DNA of 52,055 nucleotides from an uncultured Lutibacter sp. (GTDB lineage: Bacteria; Bacteroidota; Bacteroidia; Flavobacteriales; Flavobacteriaceae), in assembly GCA_964619615.1 (NCBI GenBank), contig CAZUFO010000001.1, positions 1 through 52,055 on the forward strand, given 5' to 3'. The position numbers and the translations under genes are program-made. The notes under the pieces are model-generated. The model ran no database searches. It saw only the letters and a program-made list of their open reading frames with translations, and was not told the DNA's origin. The number at the start of each line of letters is the position of its first letter. The stretch's first letter is position 1. Positions 1 to 10,129 of this stretch are shown here, piece by piece.

Positions 1-1
1 A

Positions 2-2857
2 ATTAAAACCGATTTTAACAACTACTCAGAATTGCGTGCTAATTGCGAGTATTATATTGCTAGTTCTGCCATAAGATTAGGACAACAAAATGGTGATAAT
101 TTAATGTTATCGTTTGTTAAGAAATACCCGACAAGCATCAAACAAAACAATGCTTTTATAGAAACTGCAGCCTATTATTTTAAGGCAGGCAAATATGCGT
201 ATGCTTTGAAATGGTATGGCAAGGTTGAAACTTATAACTTAACTAGTTATCAAAAAGAAGATTATAATTTCAACTATGGATATTCGTTATTTGCCACAAA
301 AAATTACACCCAATCTAAAACCTATTTTGGTAAGTTGCTCGATTCTCAAAAATATGGCTCGCAAGCAAAATATTATTACGGATACATTGCTTATCAAGAT
401 GATGACTACGACACTGCAAATCAATATTTAGGACAAATTGTTACTGATGAATCCTACAAAAATAAGGTGTCTTATTATTTAGCAGACATGAATTTTAAGC
501 TAGAGGAATTCGAAAAAGCAATTGAACAAGGAGAACCTTTATTAAGTAAAACCAAACGAGATGAACATTCGCAATTATCAAAAATTATTGGCGAAAGTTA
601 TTTCAACCTCAATAAATATGCAGAAGCTATTCCGCATTTAAAAAATTACAAAGGCACGCGCGGAAAATGGAATAACACCGATTATTATATGTTGGGTTAT
701 GCCTATTACAAACAAGATGATTTTGAAAATGCAATTGCTCATTTTAATAAAATTATTGATGGCAAAAATGCGGTTGCTCAAAACGCCTATTATCATTTAG
801 CCCAATGTTATTTACAGCAAGATAAAAAGTCGGAAGCGTTAAATGCTTTTAGAAACTCCTCTCAAATGGAGTATGATTTACAATTGCAAGAAGACGCCTA
901 TTTAAATTATGTGAAATTGAGTTATGAAATTGGGAATCCATATAAAAATGTGCCGGAAGTTTTACAAGAGTATTTAGAAAAATATCCAAAATCTGAATAC
1001 ACTTCTGAAATTGAAAACCTTTTAGTAAGTGCTTTTTTAAATTCACAAGATTATGATGGAGCATTAAATTATTTAGAAGGAAAAAAAGATGCTAACTCTA
1101 ATCGTTTGTATCAAAAAGCGGCATATTATTTAGGTATATCTAAATTTAATGAGAGTAATTACCGTGAAGCAATTTCTAATTTCGAAAAATCATTATCGCA
1201 ACCGATTGATGAAACAATTACTGTAAAAAGCAACTATTGGAAAGGTGAATCTAACTTTCGTTTGAATAATTTTAATGAAGCTTTGGCAGATTTTAATTCT
1301 TTCTCTAGAAGTAACGATGCAAAAAACACTTCTGAATTTGAAAACATAGATTATCAAATTGCCTATGTTTATTTCAATCAAAAAGAGTATGAAAAAGCTG
1401 CAAATTATTTTCAAAAATATATTGATACACATCCTTCTGATGAATTAAAATTAAACGATAGTTATTCTAGAATGGCAGACACTTATTTTGTTTCGAGTGA
1501 TTATCAAAATGCCATAAATTCCTACGAAAAAATAATTCAAAATAATGCTTCGGATGCCGATTATGCGCAGTTTCAAAAAGCGGTGAGTTATGGGTATTTA
1601 CGTCAAGATGATCGTAAAATTTCGGAATTAAATACGTTTATCAACAAATATCCAAAATCAACTTATCAAGATGACGCTTATTATGTGTTGGCAAATGAAT
1701 ATGTTGATGCAAATAAAACAAACAAAGCAATTGAAAAATATGATTATTTAATCACGCATTTTAAACACAGTCCGCTTGTTTCAAAAGCAATGCTTAAAAA
1801 GAGTACAATTTATTATAATTCTGAAAAAAATGATGAAGCTTTAAGAACCTATAAACGCATCGTAAATAAATATCCAAATACGCCAGAAGCAAGGCAAGCA
1901 GTTGCAAGTGCACGACAGATTTATGTTGATTTAGGGCGTGTAGATGAATATGCAACTTGGGTAAAAACTATTGATTTTATTAATGTTTCTGATGCCGATT
2001 TAGACAATGACACTTACGAATCTGCTGAAAGACAATACTTACAAAGCAATCATAAAAGAGCCATTGCTGGGTTTAAAAAGTATATTGATAAATTCCCTCA
2101 TGGATTACATTCTTTGCAATCGAATTACTATTTAGCAGAATCTCTATTTTCAGAAAATAAAATTTCAGAAACAGTTCCTTATTACAAATTTGTAACCGAA
2201 CAAGGTCAGAATGAATTTACAGAACAATCATTATCCAGGTTAGCACTCGCCTATTTACAGAAGGAAGATTGGGAGAATGCAATTCCGATTTTAAGCCGAT
2301 TAGAAGTGGAATCTAGCGACCCTCAAAATGTCATTTTTGCACAATCTAACTTAATGAAAGGTTATTATGTACAAGAAGATTACAGCAATGCAGTTTCGTA
2401 TGCTGAAACTATTTTAGAAAACCCAAAAATTGACAATCAAGTAAAATCTGATGCACAAATAATTATAGCACGTTCTGCAATTAAAAATAACGATGAAGCA
2501 AAAGCAAGAACTGCTTATAAAAAAGTAGCAAAAATTGCAACAGGAGAATTAAAAGCAGAGTCTTTATTTTATGATGCTTACTTTGAACATAAAGATGGTA
2601 GTTATCGAGTTTCCAATGAAATCATCCAAAAAATTGCTGCAGATTATTCATCCTATAAATATTGGGGCGCCAAAGGACTCGTTGTGATGGCAAAAAATAA
2701 TTACGAATTAAACGATGCCTTTCAAGCAACCTACATTTTAGAAAGTGTGGTGAAAAACTTCTCACAATTCGAAGATGTTGTGGAAGAAGCAACTAAAGAA
2801 TTAGAAATCATTAAAACCAAAGAATCTAAAACGAATGATTCTGTTAGACCAAATTAA
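2..2857 (+). CDS. Large tetratricopeptide-repeat protein (5' end outside window)
   Basis: Frame is open from base 2; many TPR-like helical repeats (AYYxLG/AxYxxA patterns) across ~950 aa. Confidence 0.85.
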   Translation: MKTDFNNYSELRANCEYYIASSAIRLGQQNGDNLMLSFVKKYPTSIKQNNAFIETAAYYFKAGKYAYALKWYGKVETYNLTSYQKEDYNFNYGYSLFATKNYTQSKTYFGKLLDSQKYGSQAKYYYGYIAYQDDDYDTANQYLGQIVTDESYKNKVSYYLADMNFKLEEFEKAIEQGEPLLSKTKRDEHSQLSKIIGESYFNLNKYAEAIPHLKNYKGTRGKWNNTDYYMLGYAYYKQDDFENAIAHFNKIIDGKNAVAQNAYYHLAQCYLQQDKKSEALNAFRNSSQMEYDLQLQEDAYLNYVKLSYEIGNPYKNVPEVLQEYLEKYPKSEYTSEIENLLVSAFLNSQDYDGALNYLEGKKDANSNRLYQKAAYYLGISKFNESNYREAISNFEKSLSQPIDETITVKSNYWKGESNFRLNNFNEALADFNSFSRSNDAKNTSEFENIDYQIAYVYFNQKEYEKAANYFQKYIDTHPSDELKLNDSYSRMADTYFVSSDYQNAINSYEKIIQNNASDADYAQFQKAVSYGYLRQDDRKISELNTFINKYPKSTYQDDAYYVLANEYVDANKTNKAIEKYDYLITHFKHSPLVSKAMLKKSTIYYNSEKNDEALRTYKRIVNKYPNTPEARQAVASARQIYVDLGRVDEYATWVKTIDFINVSDADLDNDTYESAERQYLQSNHKRAIAGFKKYIDKFPHGLHSLQSNYYLAESLFSENKISETVPYYKFVTEQGQNEFTEQSLSRLALAYLQKEDWENAIPILSRLEVESSDPQNVIFAQSNLMKGYYVQEDYSNAVSYAETILENPKIDNQVKSDAQIIIARSAIKNNDEAKARTAYKKVAKIATGELKAESLFYDAYFEHKDGSYRVSNEIIQKIAADYSSYKYWGAKGLVVMAKNNYELNDAFQATYILESVVKNFSQFEDVVEEATKELEIIKTKESKTNDSVRPN

Positions 2858-2864
2858 TTCCGCT

Positions 2865-4583
2865 ATGAAAAACACCCTTCTAATTCTTATTTCTTTAACT
2901 ATTTCTGCTAATCTATTTAGCCAAGAACAAGTAAAAGACACCTTAAAAACCGATGAGATTATTGTAGTAAAACCATACACTCCAACAATTTCTGATGCTT
3001 TTAAAATAAAAGACAATCCAACTATTAGCAGCGATGAAATAAAAAAAGAAGAAATTTCATATTCTTTTTTCTCTGTTCCGGTAGCCTCTACTTTTACACC
3101 AACAAAAGGCACAGCACAAAGTGTGGTTAGAGAACCATTAGATAAAATTTATGATAATTTTGTTGCTGCTGGTTTTGGAAATTATTCTACTCCATATATA
3201 GAGGCTTTCTTGCATTCGAGCAGTTCAAGAACAAATGATTTTGGCGCGTATATAAAACACAAATCATCTAAAGGTGGCATAAAAGACATATTAGTGGACG
3301 ATGGATATTCTGATTCGTATTTAAATTTATACTACAAACAATTTGAACGCGATTACAATTGGGAAATATTTGGCGGTGCACAACATAAAATCAGAAATTG
3401 GTACGGACTACCAAAAGGAATTATTTATGATCAAAATTTCTTAGACAATTTAGACCCGAAACAAAAACACCTCAACATGTTTGTTGGTGGAAATCTATCG
3501 TTTGAAGAAGGTGTTTATAAAGAGGGGAAAATAGAGTTCAATCATTTTTCTGATGATTACGGCAGCGGTGAATTTCACTTCAAAGCTACACCAACTTTTG
3601 AATTCCCTATTTCATCTGAAATAATTACTATGGAATCTTCTGTAAAATACCTTAATACTAAATTTGATGAAGGATATTTAGTCCCGAATGAAATAAAATA
3701 TTCACTATTAAATATTGGTGTAACTCCAAACTTTGAGGTTTTACGCGACAATTTATCTGTTAATTTAGGAGTAAAAGTGTATTATAGTTTTGATTTTATT
3801 AAAGATAGCAATCAATTTTATTTTTATCCAAATATTACAGCATCCTACAAATTACTTGATGAAACAGTAATTATATTTACTGGTATTACTGGTGATTTAG
3901 AACAAAATAGTTATCAGAAATTTACTGAAGAAAACCCGTTTATTTCACCTATCATAAATTTATTGCAAACCGATAAAAAATACAATGCCTTTTTAGGTTT
4001 TAAAGGCAAAGTATCATCTTCTGTTAGTTATAACATCACTGGATCTTATCAAAGTGAAAAAGACAAAGCATTATTTATTAGCAATCCTACAAAAACAGAT
4101 GGAACAATTATTCCAACTATGAATTATGAGGCTGGGAATTCATTTGGAGTTGTTTATGATGACATTGAAACATTAAATATATCCGCAGAATTAAATATTG
4201 CCCTTTCTAAAGAATTCAGTTTTGGCGGACTGATTGAATACAACAATTACACAACAAAAAATTTAACCGAAGCCTGGAATTTACCAACAATTTCTTCGAC
4301 TTTATTTGCTAAATACAATACAAAAAAATGGTATATCGGCTCCGATTTATATTTTGTTGGAGAGCGAAAAGATTTCGTAACACCTTTTGGCGGTATTGGA
4401 TCTGTTAAAACTTTAAGTTCATATGTTGATCTTAACTTTAACGGTGGTTATATGTTTACAGATCGTTTGACTGCTTTCGCCAACATTAACAATGTTTTAA
4501 GTGAAAATTACGAGCGTTACACCAATTTTGAAGTGCAAGGCATTCAAGCATTAGCAGGTATTATCTATAAATTTGATTTTTAA
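2865..4583 (+). CDS. TonB-dependent-receptor-like outer-membrane beta-barrel protein
   Basis: Signal peptide from ATG 2865 (MKNTLLILISL..), amphipathic beta strands, C-terminal YKFDF; directly follows the TPR gene. Confidence 0.7.
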   Translation: MKNTLLILISLTISANLFSQEQVKDTLKTDEIIVVKPYTPTISDAFKIKDNPTISSDEIKKEEISYSFFSVPVASTFTPTKGTAQSVVREPLDKIYDNFVAAGFGNYSTPYIEAFLHSSSSRTNDFGAYIKHKSSKGGIKDILVDDGYSDSYLNLYYKQFERDYNWEIFGGAQHKIRNWYGLPKGIIYDQNFLDNLDPKQKHLNMFVGGNLSFEEGVYKEGKIEFNHFSDDYGSGEFHFKATPTFEFPISSEIITMESSVKYLNTKFDEGYLVPNEIKYSLLNIGVTPNFEVLRDNLSVNLGVKVYYSFDFIKDSNQFYFYPNITASYKLLDETVIIFTGITGDLEQNSYQKFTEENPFISPIINLLQTDKKYNAFLGFKGKVSSSVSYNITGSYQSEKDKALFISNPTKTDGTIIPTMNYEAGNSFGVVYDDIETLNISAELNIALSKEFSFGGLIEYNNYTTKNLTEAWNLPTISSTLFAKYNTKKWYIGSDLYFVGERKDFVTPFGGIGSVKTLSSYVDLNFNGGYMFTDRLTAFANINNVLSENYERYTNFEVQGIQALAGIIYKFDF

Positions 4584-4657
4584 TCTAAGTACATTTATAT
4601 CATCTTAATTAATTTACAATTATTTATGTAGATTTACGCAAAACAAAATCTACATAT

Positions 4658-6082
4658 ATGCGTAACATTATTCTAATAACACTTATTGCTTTTACTCTTT
4701 TTTCTTGTTCTGAAAAAAAAAGTATTGATGTTGCTAAAACCTCAACAATAAATAAAAAAGATTCCATCCAAATTAAAAAAATTTTTAATGCCGCTTTAAC
4801 TAATGGTCAAGCGTATGAATGGTTACGAGATTTAACACAAAATATTGGCGGACGAATGTCGGGTTCACATCAAGCGCAACAAGCAGTTGAATGGAGTGAA
4901 CAATTAATGAAAGAACAAGGGTTTGATAAAGTTTGGCTACAACCTGTAATGGTCCCTCATTGGGTGCGAGGTGAAAAGGAAGTAGCAAATTATAGTATTA
5001 ACGGACAAAAAATTAATGTTCCAATCTGTGCATTAGGAGGTTCTATCGCAACACCCAAAGAAGGAATTACCGGAGAAATAATAGAAGTATTTAGTATTGA
5101 AGAAGCCGAAAAATTAGGTGATAAATTAAAAGGTAAAATCGTGTTTTTTAACAGACCTTTTGATGCCACCTTAATTAATACCTTTACCGCCTACAGTGGC
5201 TGCGTTAAACAACGTGGCGCAGGTGCTAAAACTGTTGGCCCTTTTGGTGCAATTGCAACTATTGTGCGCTCTATGAGTTCTACCATTAGTGACTACCCAC
5301 ATACTGGAGGCATGGGTTATGGCGATATTCCTGCGGAACAATACATTCCTTCGGCTGCTATAAGCACCTTAGCTGCGGAAAAATTGAGTGAAAACTTAAA
5401 AAAAGATCCGCATTTAAAATTCTATTTAAAACAGCGTTGCAAAACGTTACCTGATGCGCCTTCATTTAACGTGATTGGTGAGATTACTGGAAGTGAATTT
5501 CCAGATAAATATATTGTTATTGGCGGTCATTTAGATTCTTGGGATTTAGGCGAAGGTGCTCATGACGATGGAACTGGAGTGGTACAGTCAATAGAAGTTT
5601 TACGATTATTTAAGGAAACTGGAATAAAACCAAGACATACCTTACGAGCAGTATTATTTATGAATGAAGAGTTTGGCTTACGAGGTGGAAAAAAATATGC
5701 TGCAGAAGCTAAATTGAAAAACGAAATACACGTAGCAGCATTAGAATCAGATGCTGGCGGGCATACTCCAAGAGGCTTTTCGTACGATGGTAATAAAGAA
5801 AATATGGATGAGTTTATGAGTTGGAAACCATTGCTTGAACCTTATGGATTGCATGAATGGTCAGTTGGTTATGCTGGTGCCGATATTTCGCCATTAAAAA
5901 ATGGAATAATATCGCTTTCAGGTTACAAACCAGACAGTCAACGTTATTTTGATTACCATCATGCTGCTACTGATACTTTTGACAAAGTAAATAAACGTGA
6001 ATTGCATTTAGGTGCTGCTGCTATGACTTCCTTAGTATTCTTAATGGATACTTATTTTGATGTAGAACCAATTAAAAAATAA
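4658..6082 (+). CDS. M28/M20-type metallopeptidase lipoprotein (carboxypeptidase Q-like)
   Basis: Lipobox LFSC; motifs GGHLDSWD, GAHDDGTG, NEEFGL, ESD, YHH. Confidence 0.85.
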   Translation: MRNIILITLIAFTLFSCSEKKSIDVAKTSTINKKDSIQIKKIFNAALTNGQAYEWLRDLTQNIGGRMSGSHQAQQAVEWSEQLMKEQGFDKVWLQPVMVPHWVRGEKEVANYSINGQKINVPICALGGSIATPKEGITGEIIEVFSIEEAEKLGDKLKGKIVFFNRPFDATLINTFTAYSGCVKQRGAGAKTVGPFGAIATIVRSMSSTISDYPHTGGMGYGDIPAEQYIPSAAISTLAAEKLSENLKKDPHLKFYLKQRCKTLPDAPSFNVIGEITGSEFPDKYIVIGGHLDSWDLGEGAHDDGTGVVQSIEVLRLFKETGIKPRHTLRAVLFMNEEFGLRGGKKYAAEAKLKNEIHVAALESDAGGHTPRGFSYDGNKENMDEFMSWKPLLEPYGLHEWSVGYAGADISPLKNGIISLSGYKPDSQRYFDYHHAATDTFDKVNKRELHLGAAAMTSLVFLMDTYFDVEPIKK

Positions 6083-6132
6083 GGCTAAGTTCTAATTTAG
6101 ATATGCAGTATCTTTGTTAAAAATAATAGTAT

Positions 6133-6243
6133 ATGATTCCATCAGATTTCAGAGATTTTTTCATTAATAGTGACACCTATTTAAATGACGAAAAAGTAAA
6201 TTAATTGCTCTCTAATAAGTTTGATGCTAAAGATATAAATTAA
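6133..6243 (+). pseudogene. Possible short gene remnant or sORF (MIPSDFRDFFINSDTYLNDEKVN*LLSNKFDAKDIN*)
   Basis: TATCTTTG promoter-like element at ~6109, A-rich context before ATG 6133, in-frame TAA at 6202, ends next to a palindromic repeat. Confidence 0.3.
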
Positions 6244-6255
6244 AATTTAATAGAC

Positions 6256-6327
6256 TGTTATTCCTTCAAAAGCAGGAATCCATTTTTTTAGGTGTTTAGT
6301 TAGATTCCTACTTTCGCAGGAATGACA
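6256..6327. repeat. REP-like palindromic doublet (GAAA-loop type)
   Basis: TGTTATTCCTTCAAAAGCAGGAATC ... GATTCCTACTTTCGCAGGAATGACA; matches copy at 10925-11000. Confidence 0.85.
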
Positions 6328-6346
6328 ATTGCCGTATGTTTGCAAC

Positions 6347-6655
6347 ATGACATTGAAGTTTATCATTCACTATGGATTACATTTTATTGCACCCTTAATC
6401 ATTGCTTTTTTATTTTTCAGAAAACAATGGATGAAGATTTATATCATTTTTCTTTTGACTATGTTGATAGATTTAGACCATTTATTAGCAAACCCAATTT
6501 TTGACCCGAATAGATGTAGTATCAATTTTCATCCGTTGCATTCTTATATCGCTATTGGAATTTATACTGTTGGATTGTTCTTTAAAAAAACTAGAATCAT
6601 TGCTATTGCGTTACTTCTACACATGTTTGCCGATTGGTTGGATTGTTTTTTATAA
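6347..6655 (+). CDS. Small membrane protein (DUF6122-like)
   Basis: Motifs HYGLHF, TMLIDLDHLLANPIFDPNRCSINFHPLH; ATG 6347 follows a TATGTTTG element. Confidence 0.75.
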   Translation: MTLKFIIHYGLHFIAPLIIAFLFFRKQWMKIYIIFLLTMLIDLDHLLANPIFDPNRCSINFHPLHSYIAIGIYTVGLFFKKTRIIAIALLLHMFADWLDCFL

Positions 6656-7414
6656 AATACCCTTTACAAATTCATCAATTTCATCAACTCCATTTACCTC
6701 TAAAAACTTAATAAATGCCGACCCGATGATTGCCCCATTCACATATTTACAAACTGTATTAAAAGTCGATTTATTCGAAATTCCGAAACCAACAATCAAC
6801 GTGCTTTTTAAATTCATTGATTTGATACGCTTAAAATAAGCAATTTGCTCTGTTGATATTTCTCCTTTTGCTCCTGTAATAGATGCCGATGCAACCACAT
6901 AAATAAATGCATCTGTCAAGTCATCAATCTTTCTAATACGTTCTTCTGAGGTTTGAGGAGTAATTAAAAAAACATTTGAAATTCCGTAGTTTGCAAACAA
7001 TTTTTGGTAATGATTCTCAAACTCAATCATTGGTAAATCAGGTAAAATTACAGTTTCAATACCACAAGCAACACATTGTTCGCAGAACTTTTCTTCGCCA
7101 TATTTTAATACTTGATTCAAATAACCCATCAATACCAAAGGAGTTTTATTTGTTTCTTTTATAGATTTTAATTGATCAAAAATCACATCCAAATTAATTC
7201 CGTTACTCAAAGCAACTTCACTACTATGCTGAATGGTTGGCCCGTCTGCCAAAGGATCAGAATAAGGCAAACCGACTTCTATAAAATCTACGCCATTAGT
7301 TCCAAGCCTTTCAATAATGGTTGTTGTGTCATTCAACTTTGGAAAACCTGCTGTAAAGAATACAGAACACAAATTTTGATTTTTAGTTGCAAATAACTCT
7401 TTTAATGAATTCAT
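6650..7414 (-). CDS. trpA: Tryptophan synthase alpha subunit
   Basis: EVGLPYSDPLADGPTIQ, VGFGIS, GAIIGSA motifs; operon context. Confidence 0.97.
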   Translation of the reverse strand: MNSLKELFATKNQNLCSVFFTAGFPKLNDTTTIIERLGTNGVDFIEVGLPYSDPLADGPTIQHSSEVALSNGINLDVIFDQLKSIKETNKTPLVLMGYLNQVLKYGEEKFCEQCVACGIETVILPDLPMIEFENHYQKLFANYGISNVFLITPQTSEERIRKIDDLTDAFIYVVASASITGAKGEISTEQIAYFKRIKSMNLKSTLIVGFGISNKSTFNTVCKYVNGAIIGSAFIKFLEVNGVDEIDEFVKGIL

Positions 7415-7430
7415 TGTTTTATTTTTTTTG

Positions 7431-7494
7431 TGTCATTCCGAACTTGTTTCGGAATCTCATCATTATGCGACCCTGAAACAAGTTCAGGGTGACG
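7431..7494. repeat. REP-like palindromic doublet (GAACTTGTTTC type), 64 bp
   Basis: TGTCATTCCGAACTTGTTTCGGAATCT-cat..-CGACCCTGAAACAAGTTCAGGGTGACG; 59/64 identical to 9695-9758. Confidence 0.92.
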
Positions 7495-7500
7495 CAAACA

Positions 7501-8688
7501 TTACTCTTTGAGGTTTGCTATATACGTTTCTAAATCTTTATCTCCTCTACCAGATAAATTAACTACCACCACTTGATCTTTATTAAAATTAATTTTTGAT
7601 AAAACTGCCAAAGCATGTGCACTTTCCAACGCCGGAATAATGCCTTCTAACTTGGTTAACTCATATGCGGCATCCAAAGCTTCTTGGTCGGTTGCATTCA
7701 TAAATTTTGCACGCTTGCTTTCGTGTAAAAAAGCATGTAAAGGTCCAATTCCTGGGTAATCTAATCCTGCAGAAATTGAATAGGGTTCTATTACTTGTCC
7801 GTATTCATCTTGCATTAAAATGGTTTTACTTCCGTGTAATACTCCAACATCTCCTAATTGAGAAGTTGCAGCAGATTCACCACTATCAACACCTAACCCA
7901 GCAGCTTCAACAGCAATCAATTCTACATTTTCATCATCTAAAAAATGATAAAAAGCACCTGCTGCATTCGAGCCTCCACCAACACAAGCAATTATAGTAT
8001 CAGGAGTTTCTTTCCCTGTATGCTCTTTCAATTGCCATTTCATTTCTTCACTAATAATGGCTTGTAAACGAGCCACCATATCTGGGTATGGATGTGGGCC
8101 AACCACAGAACCAATTAAATAATAGGTGTCTTCTGGGTTGCCTATCCAATCACGAATGGCTTCATTCGTTGCATCTTTCAAGGTTTTACTTCCGCTTGTT
8201 GCTGGAACAACCGTTGCTCCCAACATTTTCATTCTTGCTACGTTTGGCGCTTGACGTTTGATGTCAATTTCACCCATAAAAACAATACATTCTAAATTCA
8301 TCAACGCACAAACAGTTGCCGTTGCAACTCCATGTTGACCCGCTCCCGTTTCTGCAATTATCCGTTTCTTTCCTAATTGTTTAGCAATCAAAATTTGACC
8401 AATAGTGTTGTTCACTTTATGTGCACCTGTATGATTTAAATCTTCGCGTTTTAAATATATATGTGCTCCATATTTTTCTGACAATCGAGGTGCCAAATAC
8501 AAAGGCGTTGGGCGACCTACATAATCTTTCAACAAAGATTTGTATTCCTTTTGAAACGAATCGGATTCAATAATTTTTAGATAATTATCTTCCAATTCTT
8601 TAACGTTTGGATATAGCAATTCAGGAATGAATGCTCCACCAAATTGACCGTAATATCCGTTTTTATCTGCTTGAAATTTAGATTTCAT
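7501..8688 (-). CDS. trpB: Tryptophan synthase beta subunit
   Basis: [12 protein letters not shown] (PLP lysine), [26 protein letters not shown]. Confidence 0.98.
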   Translation of the reverse strand: MKSKFQADKNGYYGQFGGAFIPELLYPNVKELEDNYLKIIESDSFQKEYKSLLKDYVGRPTPLYLAPRLSEKYGAHIYLKREDLNHTGAHKVNNTIGQILIAKQLGKKRIIAETGAGQHGVATATVCALMNLECIVFMGEIDIKRQAPNVARMKMLGATVVPATSGSKTLKDATNEAIRDWIGNPEDTYYLIGSVVGPHPYPDMVARLQAIISEEMKWQLKEHTGKETPDTIIACVGGGSNAAGAFYHFLDDENVELIAVEAAGLGVDSGESAATSQLGDVGVLHGSKTILMQDEYGQVIEPYSISAGLDYPGIGPLHAFLHESKRAKFMNATDQEALDAAYELTKLEGIIPALESAHALAVLSKINFNKDQVVVVNLSGRGDKDLETYIANLKE

Positions 8689-8695
8689 CTTTATT

Positions 8696-8770
8696 TTGTT
8701 GATTTGTGTATTTGTTAAATCGTTTAATTGTAATTTCTACACAGTTAAACAAATAAATAATTGCACATTT
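8696..8770. repeat. Degenerate octamer repeat array with inverted arms
   Basis: ttgttgat ttgtgtat ttgttaaa tcgtttaa ... acacagtt aaacaaat aaataatt gcacattt. Confidence 0.55.
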
Positions 8771-9352
8771 TTAATTAATGTCTTGAAATATTCTGCTTTT
8801 TATTTCTACCCAATCATTCTTAATAATTGAATAGTAAACTGTATCTCTTCTTCTATTATTTGGCATGGTCATATGATTTCTAAAAACACCTTCTTTTATG
8901 GCTCCAATTTTTTCAATTGCTTTACATGATTGTAAATTGAGCACATCCGTTTTTAATTCAACACGTTCAAAGGCCAACGTTTCAAAGGCAAATTTTAATA
9001 ACAAAAACTTACATAATTTGTTATATCCTTTTCCTTGAAATTCTGTTCCAAACCATGTTGCACCAATTTCAACTCTCTTATCATAAAGTAAAATCCCTAA
9101 GAAACTAGTTGACCCTATTATTTCATTCGTTTCATTGTTTATAATCACAAAAGGCAACCATTCTTCTTTTTTAAATAACTCTAAGCGTTCAGAAACCCAT
9201 TGTTTTAAATCTTCTTTTTCTTCAAATATTACTGGAAAATAATCAAAAATGGAAACATTATTAGAAACCTTGAATAACGCATCAACATCACCGATTTTTA
9301 ATAGTCGAAGTGTTACTTTATTTGTTGATAAGATGATTGATTTATCAAACAT
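8771..9352 (-). CDS. GNAT family N-acetyltransferase (RimJ/RimL-like)
   Basis: EIGATW..FQGKG, RVELKTDVLN..S.KAIEKIGA..EG..R motifs; overlaps trpF stop. Confidence 0.88.
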   Translation of the reverse strand: MFDKSIILSTNKVTLRLLKIGDVDALFKVSNNVSIFDYFPVIFEEKEDLKQWVSERLELFKKEEWLPFVIINNETNEIIGSTSFLGILLYDKRVEIGATWFGTEFQGKGYNKLCKFLLLKFAFETLAFERVELKTDVLNLQSCKAIEKIGAIKEGVFRNHMTMPNNRRRDTVYYSIIKNDWVEIKSRIFQDIN

Positions 9353-10028
9353 TGAGTTGATGTATAAATGTTTTCAACTTTTCAATATTTTTTATTCCTG
9401 GCGCATCTTCAAAGCCACTATTCAAATCTACGCCAATACATTGGGTAGATTCCTGCTTTTGCAGGAATAACAAGATAGACTCCGCGTCATTCTCTCCAAT
9501 TCCTCCGCTCAATAAAAATGGAGTATTCCCTTTATATTTTTGTAATAATGACCAGTCGTATTTTAAACCCGTTCCGCCGTAACCTTTTCCTTTGGTATCA
9601 AAAATAAATAAATCACAATATTGTTCGTATTCTTTTGTTTTTGAAAAATTGAAATGTTCGTCAACAGAAAATGCTTTGATGATTATAAATGATTTGTCAT
9701 GCTGAACTTGTTTCAGTATCTCATCATTATGTGACCCTGAAACAAGTTCAGGGTGACGTTTTAATTCTTCACATAATTTAAACGACTCATTACCATGCAA
9801 CTGAACTCCATCAAATTGATTTTTTATTACTAAATCAACAATATTCTCAACCGATTCATTTACAAAAACTCCTACTTTTTTTATTGCTTTTGGAATTTCT
9901 GATTTTGGAAAATCAGCAACAAATCTTTTTGATTTATCATAGAATATAAAGCCTATATAATCTGGAGATAGTTTAACTAACTCCTCTATATTTTCGCAAT
10001 CGCGCATGCCACATACTTTTATTTTCAT
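9345..10028 (-). CDS. trpF: Phosphoribosylanthranilate isomerase with in-frame repeat-derived insertion
   Basis: KIKVCGM, VGVFVN, VQLHGNE, GGTG, LSGGI, DLNSGFE; extra RHPELVSGSHNDEILKQVQHD segment. Confidence 0.95.
   Translation of the reverse strand: MKIKVCGMRDCENIEELVKLSPDYIGFIFYDKSKRFVADFPKSEIPKAIKKVGVFVNESVENIVDLVIKNQFDGVQLHGNESFKLCEELKRHPELVSGSHNDEILKQVQHDKSFIIIKAFSVDEHFNFSKTKEYEQYCDLFIFDTKGKGYGGTGLKYDWSLLQKYKGNTPFLLSGGIGENDAESILLFLQKQESTQCIGVDLNSGFEDAPGIKNIEKLKTFIHQLNV
9695..9758. repeat. REP-like palindromic doublet inside trpF coding sequence
   Basis: Near-identical to intergenic copy 7431-7494. Confidence 0.93.
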
Positions 10029-10044
10029 TTTTTGTCTACTTCTT

Positions 10045-10107
10045 TGTCATTTCGAGCGAATGTGAGAAATCTCATCATAAAGATTCTTCGACAGGCTCAG
10101 AATGACA
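10045..10107. repeat. REP-like palindromic doublet (GAGC..GA type)
   Basis: TGTCATTTCGAGCGAATGTGAGAAATCT ... AGATTCTTCGACAGGCTCAGAATGACA. Confidence 0.85.
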
Positions 10108-10129
10108 ACCCAAATTACTCTCTATGACG

